Assembly (NCBI RefSeq): GCF_000354175.2
Contig: NC_022349.1
Location: forward strand, 1,470,001-1,502,000
Origin: Vibrio alginolyticus NBRC 15630 = ATCC 17749
GTDB lineage: Bacteria > Pseudomonadota > Gammaproteobacteria > Enterobacterales > Vibrionaceae
Length of the DNA stretch: 32,000 nucleotides
Direction of reading: 5' to 3'
Below, in pieces: positions 16,776-26,403 of this stretch; the stretch's first letter is position 1; each line of letters starts with the position of its first letter. A model generated the notes under the pieces. The model had not been told where the DNA came from, ran no database searches, and saw only the letters and a program-made list of their open reading frames with translations. The position numbers and the translations under genes were made by a program.

Positions 16776-17498
16776 CTATTGATGCCAAATACAGTCGTTC
16801 ACCAACTCTAATCTTTTTTGGTGAGCTTCTAGTTCATCGGCACTTGCGCGCAAAACCTTTAGCGCTTTTCTTCCTTCAATACGACGAATGGTTTCTACCC
16901 CACCCTCTTGTTTATTCGCGTTAAATTCTAGACTCGTTTGACCACCCGTCATAAAGAGGTAAACGTCGGCTAGAATCTCCGCATCGAGCAAAGCTCCGTG
17001 GAGTGTACGGTGCGAGTTATCAATACCGTAACGTTCACATAAGATATCAAGGTTGTTTCGCTTACCAGGGAAGATTTTCTTCGCCATAGCAAGGGTATCG
17101 GTCACCTTGCAGTAGTCGTCCGTTTTGCCGATGTTAGGATCGAGCATGCCAAACTCGTAATCCATAAAGCCGGTATCGAAGGGCGCGTTGTGGGCAACAA
17201 GTTCTGCGCCTTTAATAAACTCAAGAAACTCTTGGTGCACGCTCGCGTATTCCGGTTTATCAACCAAGAATTCATCCGTAATACCGTGAACTTCAACCGC
17301 TTCTGGTTGGATTTCACGATCGGGTTTTAAATAAACGTGGAAGTGACGACCAGTCAGCTTACGGTTGATGATCTCCACGGCACCGATTTCAATAATGCGG
17401 TGTCCCATGTAGTGAGGACCACCCTCGCGGTTCATACCTGTGGTTTCGGTATCGAGAACGACAATGCGGTTATATTCAGAATTGCTGCTGGTATTCAT
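16776..17498 (-). CDS. dnaQ: DNA polymerase III epsilon subunit (3'-5' proofreading exonuclease)
   Basis: IVLDTETTGMN, IIEIGAVE, HNA.FD.GFMDYEF and RTLHGALLDA.ILA.VYL.MTGGQTS match the Exo I-III motifs of E. coli DnaQ. Confidence 0.97.
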   Translation of the reverse strand: MNTSSNSEYNRIVVLDTETTGMNREGGPHYMGHRIIEIGAVEIINRKLTGRHFHVYLKPDREIQPEAVEVHGITDEFLVDKPEYASVHQEFLEFIKGAELVAHNAPFDTGFMDYEFGMLDPNIGKTDDYCKVTDTLAMAKKIFPGKRNNLDILCERYGIDNSHRTLHGALLDAEILADVYLFMTGGQTSLEFNANKQEGGVETIRRIEGRKALKVLRASADELEAHQKRLELVNDCIWHQ

Positions 17499-17557
17499 AA
17501 GGTTATGTATGTCAGACTATGCTTTATTAAATGTTTCGGCTAATAGTACCAAAAAAT

Positions 17558-18022
17558 ATGACCAAACACGTTGAGATTTTCACTGACGGTTCTTGTTTAG
17601 GTAACCCAGGACCAGGTGGTTACGGCATAGTATTGCGTTACAAAGACGTAGAAAAGACACTTTCCAAAGGCTATACGTTAACTACCAACAACCGCATGGA
17701 AATGTTGGCGGCTGTCGTCGCGCTACAGACGTTAAAACAACCTTGTAAAGTCACTTTAACGACTGACAGCCAATATGTGCGCCAAGGTATTACTCAGTGG
17801 ATCCATAACTGGAAGAAGCGTGGTTGGAAAACAGCGGATAAAAAACCCGTGAAGAATGCCGATTTATGGCAAGCTCTAGACAAAGAAACCGCACGCCATC
17901 AAGTTGAATGGCATTGGGTAAAAGGCCACGCGGGCCATCGTGAGAACGAAATGTGTGATGAGCTAGCCCGGACTGCTGCAGAAAACCCAACTGAGGAAGA
18001 TACAGGTTACCAACCCTCTTAG
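17558..18022 (+). CDS. rnhA: Ribonuclease HI
   Basis: From [23 protein letters not shown] onward it is near-identical to E. coli RNase HI ([33 protein letters not shown]). The ORF-track start at 17531 adds 9 aa absent from homologs. Divergent from dnaQ as in E. coli. Confidence 0.95.
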   Translation: MTKHVEIFTDGSCLGNPGPGGYGIVLRYKDVEKTLSKGYTLTTNNRMEMLAAVVALQTLKQPCKVTLTTDSQYVRQGITQWIHNWKKRGWKTADKKPVKNADLWQALDKETARHQVEWHWVKGHAGHRENEMCDELARTAAENPTEEDTGYQPS

Positions 18023-18765
18023 CGAGATTCTTTCCTCATAGTGTTACCCTCTCGATTCATCACCCCAAGTGGTGTGAGCTTTTTCTTCAAGCGCCAATGC
18101 GGTTTGATAGGCTTGAGAGGGTATGTCCGTTTCCGCGCGACTATGTAATACAAACTCCCAGCGGGTGATGCCCAATCACCAAGACTATTTTCCAACCATG
18201 TCCACATCGTACGGTAACGTTTCATCGGAAACAGCGCATAACGATCACAATGAATCACTTGATAATTAAGTAACCCTAACCAATCTTTGATGCGGTTCGA
18301 CGTAAACATTCGTCCACTCCAAGGCAAATTATGTTTACGCCATGGAAGCAAACTCGCTAATCCAGTCAAGCTTAATGGGTTGAATCCAGTAATAATTACA
18401 TAGCCATCATCCATCATCACTCTATCGACTTCACGCAACAAACGGTGTGGATCGCTTGCATAGTCGAGCTGATGAGCGAGTATCACAACATCAAAGCTTT
18501 TTTCCAAAAAGGGTAATTCGTAACCATCTGCAATCACATTATGCAACGGGTTCTGGATATCTACGTTGACTTGGTGTTGAATGTTACAATTACAGCTGGT
18601 TAGCTCACAGCTCAACCCGCCCAGTTTGAGCATATGGTAGCCGAAGAGTTTCGGGCACCATTCATCAAGTCGGGTCTGGATTGACTCAAGCACCCACGGA
18701 CCGTTGTTCATTGCTGACCAAGTCGACGGGTGTGGTATAGTTTTGTTGCTGAGTGCTGGTTTCAT
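18019..18765 (-). CDS. yafS: Class I SAM-dependent methyltransferase, YafS-like
   Basis: From MKPA... it is collinear with remembered E. coli YafS ([40 protein letters not shown]). AGGTGG lies upstream of the ATG at 18765. Synteny gloB-yafS-rnhA. Confidence 0.85.
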   Translation of the reverse strand: MKPALSNKTIPHPSTWSAMNNGPWVLESIQTRLDEWCPKLFGYHMLKLGGLSCELTSCNCNIQHQVNVDIQNPLHNVIADGYELPFLEKSFDVVILAHQLDYASDPHRLLREVDRVMMDDGYVIITGFNPLSLTGLASLLPWRKHNLPWSGRMFTSNRIKDWLGLLNYQVIHCDRYALFPMKRYRTMWTWLENSLGDWASPAGSLYYIVARKRTYPLKPIKPHWRLKKKLTPLGVMNREGNTMRKESR

Positions 18766-18802
18766 TAACCACCTGACTAAAATGGGTGACGGAGAACGAA
18801 TC

Positions 18803-19561
18803 GTGTTAGAGATCAAAAGCATACCCGCATTTAATGATAATTACATCTGGCTGATACAAAATAGCGATAAGCGCTGCGCAGTCGTTGATCCGGGCGATGC
18901 GAAGCCAGTATTAGAATTTCTGCAGGCTAACGAATTAACTTTAGAAGCGATTTTAATTACGCACCACCACAACGATCACATTGGTGGCGTTCCAGACTTA
19001 GTGCGTGCATTTCCTGACGTCGCCGTTGTGGGCCCAAAATCAGAGCCAATTCCAACCCTAACGACACCAATGGAAGAAGGCGACAAGCTGGAGTTGTTTG
19101 GTGAGATTTTCTTAGTACTTGGGTTACCCGGCCATACTTTGGGCCATATCGGTTACGTTGGGGACGGAAAACTGTTTTGCGGTGATGTGCTCTTTTCTGC
19201 TGGCTGCGGTCGTATTTTTGAAGGTACGCCTGAGCAAATGTTTGAATCACTGAGCAAACTAACGTCTCTACCAGAAGAAACTCAAGTCTTCTGCGCGCAT
19301 GAATACACCGCGAGTAACGTGGCGTTTGCTCTAGCGGTTGAACCTGACAATGAGCAACTTCGCCAATATCGCGACGATGTAAACCGACTGCGAGCACTCA
19401 ACATTCCGACACTTCCAACAACAATACGCAAAGAAAAGTGGATTAATCCGTTCTTGCGAACCTCTAACCCTGACGTGGTTCAATCTGTTGCTAGTCGCAT
19501 TAAAAATAGCGATCCATGCTCGGTTTTTACTGCTTTACGCGAGTGGAAGAACGAATTTTAA
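18803..19561 (+). CDS. gloB: Hydroxyacylglutathione hydrolase (glyoxalase II)
   Basis: A GTG start gives [16 protein letters not shown], matching E. coli MNLNSIPAFDDNYIW. GGAG lies 8 nt upstream. [10 protein letters not shown] metallo-beta-lactamase motif and CAHEYT motif are present. Confidence 0.93.
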   Translation: MLEIKSIPAFNDNYIWLIQNSDKRCAVVDPGDAKPVLEFLQANELTLEAILITHHHNDHIGGVPDLVRAFPDVAVVGPKSEPIPTLTTPMEEGDKLELFGEIFLVLGLPGHTLGHIGYVGDGKLFCGDVLFSAGCGRIFEGTPEQMFESLSKLTSLPEETQVFCAHEYTASNVAFALAVEPDNEQLRQYRDDVNRLRALNIPTLPTTIRKEKWINPFLRTSNPDVVQSVASRIKNSDPCSVFTALREWKNEF

Positions 19562-19616
19562 CCATTTTCTGCTTGTAAGTTTGCAAGACCCCAGTATTAT
19601 CAGGGACTGATTTTTC

Positions 19617-19639
19617 GAGAAGCGCCACTGGCGCTTCTC
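19617..19639 (+). terminator. Hairpin after gloB (weak terminator)
   Basis: GAGAAGCGCC-ACT-GGCGCTTCTC. Only a poor T-run (TTACGTTT) follows. Confidence 0.45.
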
Positions 19640-19815
19640 TTACGTTTGGGGTTGATATAAATCTATTTGAATTTCTCCCCATTGCATAATTAGAAGCTCT
19701 TTGCCTCTATAAATTAGTTAGTGTTTAAAAGATGTCTATTATCTTGCGACTGCCACGCACATTACGTTGCGCGACAGGCAGGTGAAGATAAACAGGCCCT
19801 AAATAGGCTGAATCC

Positions 19816-21399
19816 ATGCGTTTGAAGTATACTTGGGCGTTGGCGTTGTTATTATCTGGCTGTCAATTGACTCAGTCAGATTCAACGTCTTCTACACCAG
19901 AAACCAATAAATCTGAGCAGACTGCAAAGCAAAATGCAGTAAAAGCTCAACCGGGCAATAAATCGTCACTAGCAAAAAAATCCGCTAACGACGCGCCTAA
20001 AGTTCTCTCCCCCCAAGAACAAGAAGATGTGTGGCAACGTATCGCCATGCAGCTGGACATGGATATCCCAAACCACAAGAAAGTGGACTACTACCGTACG
20101 TGGTATTTAAAGCACCCAAATCACCTTTACACGGTATCTAAGCGTGCGACTCCTTTTCTATACATGATCACAAAACGTATCGAAGAGCGCGGACTCCCAA
20201 TGGAGCTTGCATTACTTCCTGTAGTGGAAAGTTCATTCGATGCCTTTGCCTACTCACATGGCAGCGCGGCTGGGTTGTGGCAATTTGTCCCAGGCACCGG
20301 AAAAATGATGGGATTAGAGCAAAACTACTGGTATGACGGTCGCAGAGATGTGGCAGCAGCAACGGATGCAGCGCTGGACTACCTAGTACAACTAAACGAG
20401 CGTTTTGATGGTAACTGGGAACATGCAATCGCCGCTTATAACAGCGGTGGAGGCCGAGTTTCTAGCGCAATTCGTAAGAATAAAAAGCTCGGTAAACCTA
20501 TCGATTTCTTCTCATTAGACTTACCAAAAGAGACCAGCAGTTACGTTCCTAAGCTATTGGCCTTGGCTGACGTTATCGCAAACCAAGACAAGTACGGACT
20601 TAATATTCCTGCAATTCCAAACAAGCCTGTTCTAACGCTTGTTGATCCAGAAGAGCAGTTAGATCTGGCTATTGCCGCAGATTATGCCGGCATTAGCGTA
20701 AAAGAGTTGCAGAGTTACAACCCAGCATACAACCAGTGGTCGACAGCGCCTGAGGGGCCGCACCAACTTTTGATTCCCGTAGAGAAAAAAGAGACTTTTC
20801 TCACCAAGGTGGAGAAAAATCGCGGTAAAGGGATGAAGGTCGCTCGCTACAAGGTGAAATCTGGTGACTCTTTAAGCGTGCTAGCTAATAAATACGGCAC
20901 AACCACGAAAGTCATTCGACGTGCCAACGGCCTATCGAATAACAACATTCGTATTGGTCAATACCTATTGATTCCGACATCAACAAAAGACGATGCAAAA
21001 TATGCATTAACGGCACAAAACCGATTAAACAAGACTCAATCTCGTGCTCGTGGTCAACTCAAGCTCACCCATGTCGTTCAGTCTGGAGAAAGTTTGTGGT
21101 CAATCGCACGTAACAATAAAGTGTCGTATAAATCGTTAGCTAAATGGAATGGTATGGGCCCTAAAGATCCATTGCGTGTGGGTCAAAAGCTAGTGATTTG
21201 GAAAGACTCAGACAAAGGTTCTGTGATCCGTACCGTTTTCTACAACGTTCGCTCTGGCGACACCATTAGCGGCATTGCAAGCAAGTTCAAAGTAAAAACG
21301 AACGACATCGTGAAATGGAACTCGCTACACAAGAAAAAATACTTACAACCAGGTCAAAAGCTTAAGTTGTACGTTGACGTAACGAAGGTAAGTGTATGA
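19816..21399 (+). CDS. mltD: Membrane-bound lytic murein transglycosylase D (lipoprotein; SLT domain plus three LysM repeats)
   Basis: Lipobox LLLSGC. SLT catalytic block LPVVESSFDAFAYSHGSAAGLWQF. Three LysM repeats (YKVKSGDSLSVLA..., HVVQSGESLWSIA..., YNVRSGDTISGIA...). Confidence 0.93.
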   Translation: MRLKYTWALALLLSGCQLTQSDSTSSTPETNKSEQTAKQNAVKAQPGNKSSLAKKSANDAPKVLSPQEQEDVWQRIAMQLDMDIPNHKKVDYYRTWYLKHPNHLYTVSKRATPFLYMITKRIEERGLPMELALLPVVESSFDAFAYSHGSAAGLWQFVPGTGKMMGLEQNYWYDGRRDVAAATDAALDYLVQLNERFDGNWEHAIAAYNSGGGRVSSAIRKNKKLGKPIDFFSLDLPKETSSYVPKLLALADVIANQDKYGLNIPAIPNKPVLTLVDPEEQLDLAIAADYAGISVKELQSYNPAYNQWSTAPEGPHQLLIPVEKKETFLTKVEKNRGKGMKVARYKVKSGDSLSVLANKYGTTTKVIRRANGLSNNNIRIGQYLLIPTSTKDDAKYALTAQNRLNKTQSRARGQLKLTHVVQSGESLWSIARNNKVSYKSLAKWNGMGPKDPLRVGQKLVIWKDSDKGSVIRTVFYNVRSGDTISGIASKFKVKTNDIVKWNSLHKKKYLQPGQKLKLYVDVTKVSV

Positions 21400-22082
21400 A
21401 CCCATCAAGCAATCCACTTGTGATGCTGTTGGACATTTTTCGTTCTCCAACATCTTGTTTTCTTGCGCTTTATCAACGCGGTGGATGGGGATGGCAACCG
21501 TTCATCTTCCTGATGCTTAGTCCGTTTTTATTCTGGGGTGCTTACTTTTCGAATGTCGATTTCACGTGGCTCAGTGACCAACTTGCTGCGCAATTTCAGC
21601 AAATCGACCCGAAGCAGATTGAGCTATTAGAACCAAACACGCTAATGGCAAGCGCGATCATCAATGATGTATTCAACCGCTTTGCCACCTTACTATTGCT
21701 CGCGCTTTGGTTCTTTCTTGCAACAAAGGCAAGCAAACAACAATACGGTTACTGGAAATGGTTTGCCGCATCGTGTGCTATCTTATTCCCAGCAGTATTG
21801 GGCGATGTAGCAAGTTACGCGAGCTTGCTACTCAAGCATGGTCAGGTAATGACTTACGCTGCCGATTTAAATAGCCTCAATGGTCTATTAAAGCTGCCTC
21901 TTACTAACGAATGGTCTCATTTCGCTAGCTCGTTACCTTTGCTTCTGCCTTGGTACATTGTGCTCGGCTACGGCGTTGTACTGACGTGGACGGAGTTTGA
22001 ACGTGGCCAAGCTTTGGTGATTGCAAGCCTGCCATGGGTATTCTTCTACGTTATTTGGGCACTTTATATTGTGGTAACCTAA
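21396..22082 (+). CDS. Yip1-domain-like polytopic membrane protein
   Basis: 228 aa with five or more hydrophobic helices. Its start overlaps the mltD stop (ATGA). The family call is tentative and from memory. Confidence 0.65.
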   Translation: MNPSSNPLVMLLDIFRSPTSCFLALYQRGGWGWQPFIFLMLSPFLFWGAYFSNVDFTWLSDQLAAQFQQIDPKQIELLEPNTLMASAIINDVFNRFATLLLLALWFFLATKASKQQYGYWKWFAASCAILFPAVLGDVASYASLLLKHGQVMTYAADLNSLNGLLKLPLTNEWSHFASSLPLLLPWYIVLGYGVVLTWTEFERGQALVIASLPWVFFYVIWALYIVVT

Positions 22083-22083
22083 G

Positions 22084-22929
22084 CTAGTCATTTAACGTAA
22101 ATGACAATAACAATGGGTTATGATCGGAAGCGTCGCTCTGCGGCGCTTTTGCGTACTTAAGCGTCAGACCTCGGTAAAACACATGGTCCAGTGGTAACCC
22201 TGTTATAAATTGGACTCGATGATCCGGCAAGAACGCCACCTCTTGTAAGTCCGCAGCCTTTAAGGCCTGCCTCATCGCATTAACGCGAGATTTACTCCAG
22301 CTATTGAAGTCTCCAGCAAATAGAATTGGCCCCACATGATGCTTTAAAAGCATTTCAAGCGCCGTTAACTGAGATATATACTCTTTTGTACCTACGGTGA
22401 AGTTAATCGCATGTACATTCACCACTGCGAGTTTCTCGCCATTACTCAAGTGATACTGGCTATATAATGCAGACTTAGGTAAGCGAAGCCACGGCTCTTT
22501 AGAGGTGTAAGCGCAGGCTTTTTCTGGTTGCCCTTGAGCAATACTAATTACACCGGCACCGCTACCCAGCGCCTTAAAAGCACTCACTTGATTACTAACC
22601 CAGCGACCATCCACCAACCACTGTTTAAATGATGGTGTCATGCTGGCTTCTTGCAATAACAGCAGCTGCTTATCAGCAGAGAATTCATTGAGTGCACTTT
22701 GCCAATTCGTTCGGTTCTGTTTGTAGATATTCCAGACAAGTACATTGATTTCACCGCCCTGATCCAGAGCTTTTGAGCCGCTAAATTCGATACACCTAAT
22801 ATCCTGCGTCAACTCTGAGCCTCTTTGAGTAATGATTTGCGGCTGATCTGGTACGGTGAAAATAACCTGGAAGCCGACCAATACCGCCATAATAAGAAAA
22901 GCTAACGCCAGAAAAAAACGCTTAAACAT
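22084..22929 (-). CDS. yafD: Endonuclease/exonuclease/phosphatase (EEP) family protein, YafD-like
   Basis: VLVWNIYKQ, LLLQEA, VVNVHAINF, FAGDFNSWS and ASDHNPLL are collinear with remembered E. coli YafD. N-terminal TM or signal anchor. Confidence 0.88.
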   Translation of the reverse strand: MFKRFFLALAFLIMAVLVGFQVIFTVPDQPQIITQRGSELTQDIRCIEFSGSKALDQGGEINVLVWNIYKQNRTNWQSALNEFSADKQLLLLQEASMTPSFKQWLVDGRWVSNQVSAFKALGSGAGVISIAQGQPEKACAYTSKEPWLRLPKSALYSQYHLSNGEKLAVVNVHAINFTVGTKEYISQLTALEMLLKHHVGPILFAGDFNSWSKSRVNAMRQALKAADLQEVAFLPDHRVQFITGLPLDHVFYRGLTLKYAKAPQSDASDHNPLLLSFTLND

Positions 22930-23007
22930 ACGACAAACCTGAATGTAGGCACCCGAAATCTAGAACAACCAATCTCGGGTTAAATGATTTCACTAATAAG
23001 CAAACAA

Positions 23008-23036
23008 CAAAAAAGGAGCCACTTGGCTCCCTTTTA
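23008..23036 (-). terminator. glnB terminator
   Basis: The minus strand reads AAAAGGGAGCC-AAGT-GGCTCCTTTTTTG. Confidence 0.8.
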
Positions 23037-23069
23037 GCATAATAAATACGAAACAGGTGACAAGAAACC

Positions 23070-23417
<348 letters not shown>

Positions 23418-23595
23418 TTAAGCTTCAATCGATTGCGCTTATTATCGTTTAGCGTTTCGCAACATTCAATGTTTGTCTCTGATCCACCAGCGAAAATCCA
23501 GATTGAGCAAATTAACATAGCGAATATCGTGAGTTGATAAAACCCCAGTGAGGACTGCTCAATGCCCAATCGTCCAAGCTTTTTCAGACTCGCGT

Positions 23596-23910
23596 TTACT
23601 TCAAACTTGCGTAGTAAGCCGCTAGGTTAGCGATATCTTCATCAGACAACAATGAAGCTTGAGCTTGCATCACAGCAGCAAGCCCACCTGTTCGCTCTTT
23701 ATTTTTATAAGCTTTAATTGAACTGATAATATATTGCTCATTTTGCCCTTTCAGATTTGGGTAACCCGGAATGACAGCAATACCATCAGCGCCATGACAC
23801 GCCGCGCATACTCCCGACTTTGCTTGACCTGCTGTAGCATCTCCCGCAGCTAGAGCTTGCCCACTAAACATGGTTAACGCCACCATTGCACCCATGATTG
23901 TTTTCTTCAT
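23596..23910 (-). CDS. Periplasmic class I c-type monohaem cytochrome
   Basis: Signal peptide ending in QALA. Single CAACHG haem-binding motif. A distal Met candidate sits in AAVMQAQ. 104 aa. Confidence 0.85.
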   Translation of the reverse strand: MKKTIMGAMVALTMFSGQALAAGDATAGQAKSGVCAACHGADGIAVIPGYPNLKGQNEQYIISSIKAYKNKERTGGLAAVMQAQASLLSDEDIANLAAYYASLK

Positions 23911-23980
23911 TGCTTCACCTAATCAATTATTATTTAAGGATTTTTATATTTTATAATCGACATTGTGGCATGAATTTTCA

Positions 23981-25291
23981 TTACCTGCGCCAAATAAGTT
24001 CACAATCTTGACCATTAAACGCCTGATCAACGAACAGATCTGCCACAGCAACGACTCGATCTTGATACATCAAAATCGGAATTTGACGACGCAGCCAGCT
24101 TGGCACATTGTATTCTTGGAACAACTTCTTCAGTTTTCGACTGTGATTACGCGTGGTTGGATGCGCTGATAAGCCTTCCGGATTAAAGGTCACGCGAAGC
24201 AATTCTGGCTGACTCGGAAGCGCAATCGTTGCGTTGCTAGAACTCGTCGTTAAGGTCAGCTCCCCTAGCCGCTCTGGAAGCGATAAAACGGTATCGACTT
24301 GAATCGTACTTTGCCACTCAGTGACGTCAGCGATTTCCGTTACCCAATAGAGACGATTTCGAAAACGGCGCACTTCACCTTGTTTAAGTTGTAGTTTGGG
24401 GTTGGCATCTTGCTGAGCTAATGCCACTTCATTCCAGATGAGATTGAGTTGTACCTGAGTCGGCATACTAGTATTAAGATTAGCTAGCCACATACGAATC
24501 AAGCGCGCACGAGCTAACTCACTGTGCTTAGCCAGCTCTTCAATACTCAAACTTAGATCCGTTTGTAAAGCGCGTTCAAACACCGCGCTCAATAGTTCAT
24601 CCAATAGCGCTTCTTGTTGAGCACATAAACTTGCACTGCGCTGAACCGCTTTATGGATACTCGGCCAACGACCAGACAACTCAGGAATAACACAATGACG
24701 AAGAAAGTTACGATCATAACGGGTATCTTGATTGCTTTCGTCTTCCACCCACTCCAAACCTAATTTAGTAGCCGCGTCTTCGATGGTTTTCCGCTTGATA
24801 GTAAGCAATGGTCGAACTAGAGATCCGCAAGAAAACGGCATACTCTCCGCCATCGAAGATAACCCTTTTGGCCCGCTACCGCGCTTAAGAGCAAGGAGAA
24901 AAGTCTCTATTTGATCGTCGGCATGTTGACCAGTCAACAGTATATCGCCTTCTTGAATGTACTTAGTTAAGGCTTGGTAGCGAGCTTCACGAGCAAGAAG
25001 TTCAATACTTTCACCATTGCTGATGTCTAAGCTCACTCGCTCAATCGAGCAAGATATCCCCACTTGTTGTGCCCAAAGTAAGCATTTATCGGCCCAATTA
25101 TCGGCATTCGAGCTTAAACCATGGTGCACATACACAGCGTGACACTCTATCGAATGCGCTTGTTGGTAGCGACTGAGTAATTCGAGTAAAAGACGTGAAT
25201 CCACTCCTCCGCTAAACGCCAAGACAACCTTAGTGCCTAATTGATAGTAGCGGCCGAGAACTTGAGCAAAATGCAGGTAAAGCGATTCCAT
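23981..25291 (-). CDS. tilS: tRNA(Ile)-lysidine synthetase
   Basis: PP-loop VLAFSGGVDS plus ALKRGSGPKGLS and EDESNQDTRYDRNFLR blocks match E. coli TilS. Start placed at MESLYLHF (25291) because the upstream ATG (25330) lies in the loop of the accA terminator hairpin. 25330 remains an alternative. Confidence 0.9.
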   Translation of the reverse strand: MESLYLHFAQVLGRYYQLGTKVVLAFSGGVDSRLLLELLSRYQQAHSIECHAVYVHHGLSSNADNWADKCLLWAQQVGISCSIERVSLDISNGESIELLAREARYQALTKYIQEGDILLTGQHADDQIETFLLALKRGSGPKGLSSMAESMPFSCGSLVRPLLTIKRKTIEDAATKLGLEWVEDESNQDTRYDRNFLRHCVIPELSGRWPSIHKAVQRSASLCAQQEALLDELLSAVFERALQTDLSLSIEELAKHSELARARLIRMWLANLNTSMPTQVQLNLIWNEVALAQQDANPKLQLKQGEVRRFRNRLYWVTEIADVTEWQSTIQVDTVLSLPERLGELTLTTSSSNATIALPSQPELLRVTFNPEGLSAHPTTRNHSRKLKKLFQEYNVPSWLRRQIPILMYQDRVVAVADLFVDQAFNGQDCELIWRR

Positions 25292-25307
25292 AAACGATCC
25301 GATAGAT

Positions 25308-25340
25308 GCAAAAAAGGGCTGGACTCTCATCCAACCCTTT
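25308..25340 (-). terminator. accA terminator or attenuator immediately upstream of tilS
   Basis: The minus-strand RNA reads AAAGGGUUGGA-UGAGAG-UCCAGCCCUUU followed by UUUG (six U in a row counting the stem end). 11-bp stem with one G-U pair. Confidence 0.7.
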
Positions 25341-25397
25341 CTATTTTAACTGTTATCAATTGAGATATCAGCTAACGCTTAACAGCAATCACCGAAA

Positions 25398-26357
25398 TTA
25401 ACAGTAACCGTAGCTCATTAGGCGCTGGTAACGACGTTCACGTAGCGTCTCTTCATCCAGTTGTTCTAGATCTTCTAGCTGACGAAGTAGTGTCGCTTTC
25501 ATATTCGCTGCCATTTGAACATGATCGCGATGAGCGCCGCCTAGTGGCTCTTCAATGATTTCGTCGATCAGTTCAAGCTCTTTAAGACGCGGAGCAGTTA
25601 GGCCCATTGCCTCTGCCGCTTGTGGCGCTTTGTCTGAATCACGCCATAAGATTGAAGCACAACCCTCAGGAGAAATTACTGAGTACGTAGAGTACTGAAG
25701 CATGTTCACGTAGTCGCCTACACCGATTGCTAGTGCACCACCAGAACCGCCTTCACCGACAACGTTACAGATTACTGGTACTTTAAGACCAGACATCACT
25801 TTTAGGTTTTTCGCGATAGCTTCAGATTGACCACGCTCTTCTGCGCCCACACCTGGATACGCGCCAGCCGTGTCGATAAATGTGATGATCGGCATGTTGA
25901 AACGCTCTGCCATTTCCATCAAACGTAGCGCTTTACGGTAACCTTCTGGTTTTGGCATACCAAAGTTACGTTTCACTTTCTCTTTGGTTTCACGACCTTT
26001 TTGGTGACCAATGATCATCACAGGGCGGCCTTCAAGGCGAGCCATGCCACCCACAATCGCTTTGTCGTCTGCAAACGCGCGGTCACCCGCTAATTCATCA
26101 AACTCCTCAAAAGCGTGTTGGATGTAATCTAGCGTGTAAGGACGTAGTGGGTGACGAGCCAGTTGAGCTGTTTCCCATGCGCCTAGGTCGCTGAAGGTTT
26201 TTTTCTTCAGCTCTAAGCTTTTCTTCTCAAGCTGTTCGATTTCTTTATCCAGGTCAATCGCAGAATCACCACCGTGACGAGAGACATCACGTAATGCTTC
26301 AATTTTCGCTTCTAGTTCTGCAATTGGCTTTTCAAATTCAAGAAAGTTTAGGCTCAT
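25398..26357 (-). CDS. accA: Acetyl-CoA carboxylase carboxyltransferase alpha subunit
   Basis: [52 protein letters not shown] and [15 protein letters not shown] are AccA signature blocks. Confidence 0.97.
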   Translation of the reverse strand: MSLNFLEFEKPIAELEAKIEALRDVSRHGGDSAIDLDKEIEQLEKKSLELKKKTFSDLGAWETAQLARHPLRPYTLDYIQHAFEEFDELAGDRAFADDKAIVGGMARLEGRPVMIIGHQKGRETKEKVKRNFGMPKPEGYRKALRLMEMAERFNMPIITFIDTAGAYPGVGAEERGQSEAIAKNLKVMSGLKVPVICNVVGEGGSGGALAIGVGDYVNMLQYSTYSVISPEGCASILWRDSDKAPQAAEAMGLTAPRLKELELIDEIIEEPLGGAHRDHVQMAANMKATLLRQLEDLEQLDEETLRERRYQRLMSYGYC

Positions 26358-26403
26358 CTATGAATCCTTGTTTACTCAGCGTCTAACATATTGCGCTGAA
26401 TTT

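Noticed and set aside
16768-16788. ORF-track TTG start for the dnaQ-linked gene, overlapping dnaQ by 13 nt
   Set aside because: The downstream ATG at 16767 has a well-spaced AGGAG and begins a canonical signal peptide.
19732-19782. 16-codon basic small ORF (MSIILRLPRTLRCATGR) upstream of mltD
   Set aside because: No RBS and no supporting structure.
23966-23980. Sigma-54-like TGGCAT-N5-TTCA string upstream of the cytochrome c gene
   Set aside because: The -12 element lacks the GC dinucleotide (TTCA rather than TTGC). It is also on the + strand, pointing antisense into tilS.
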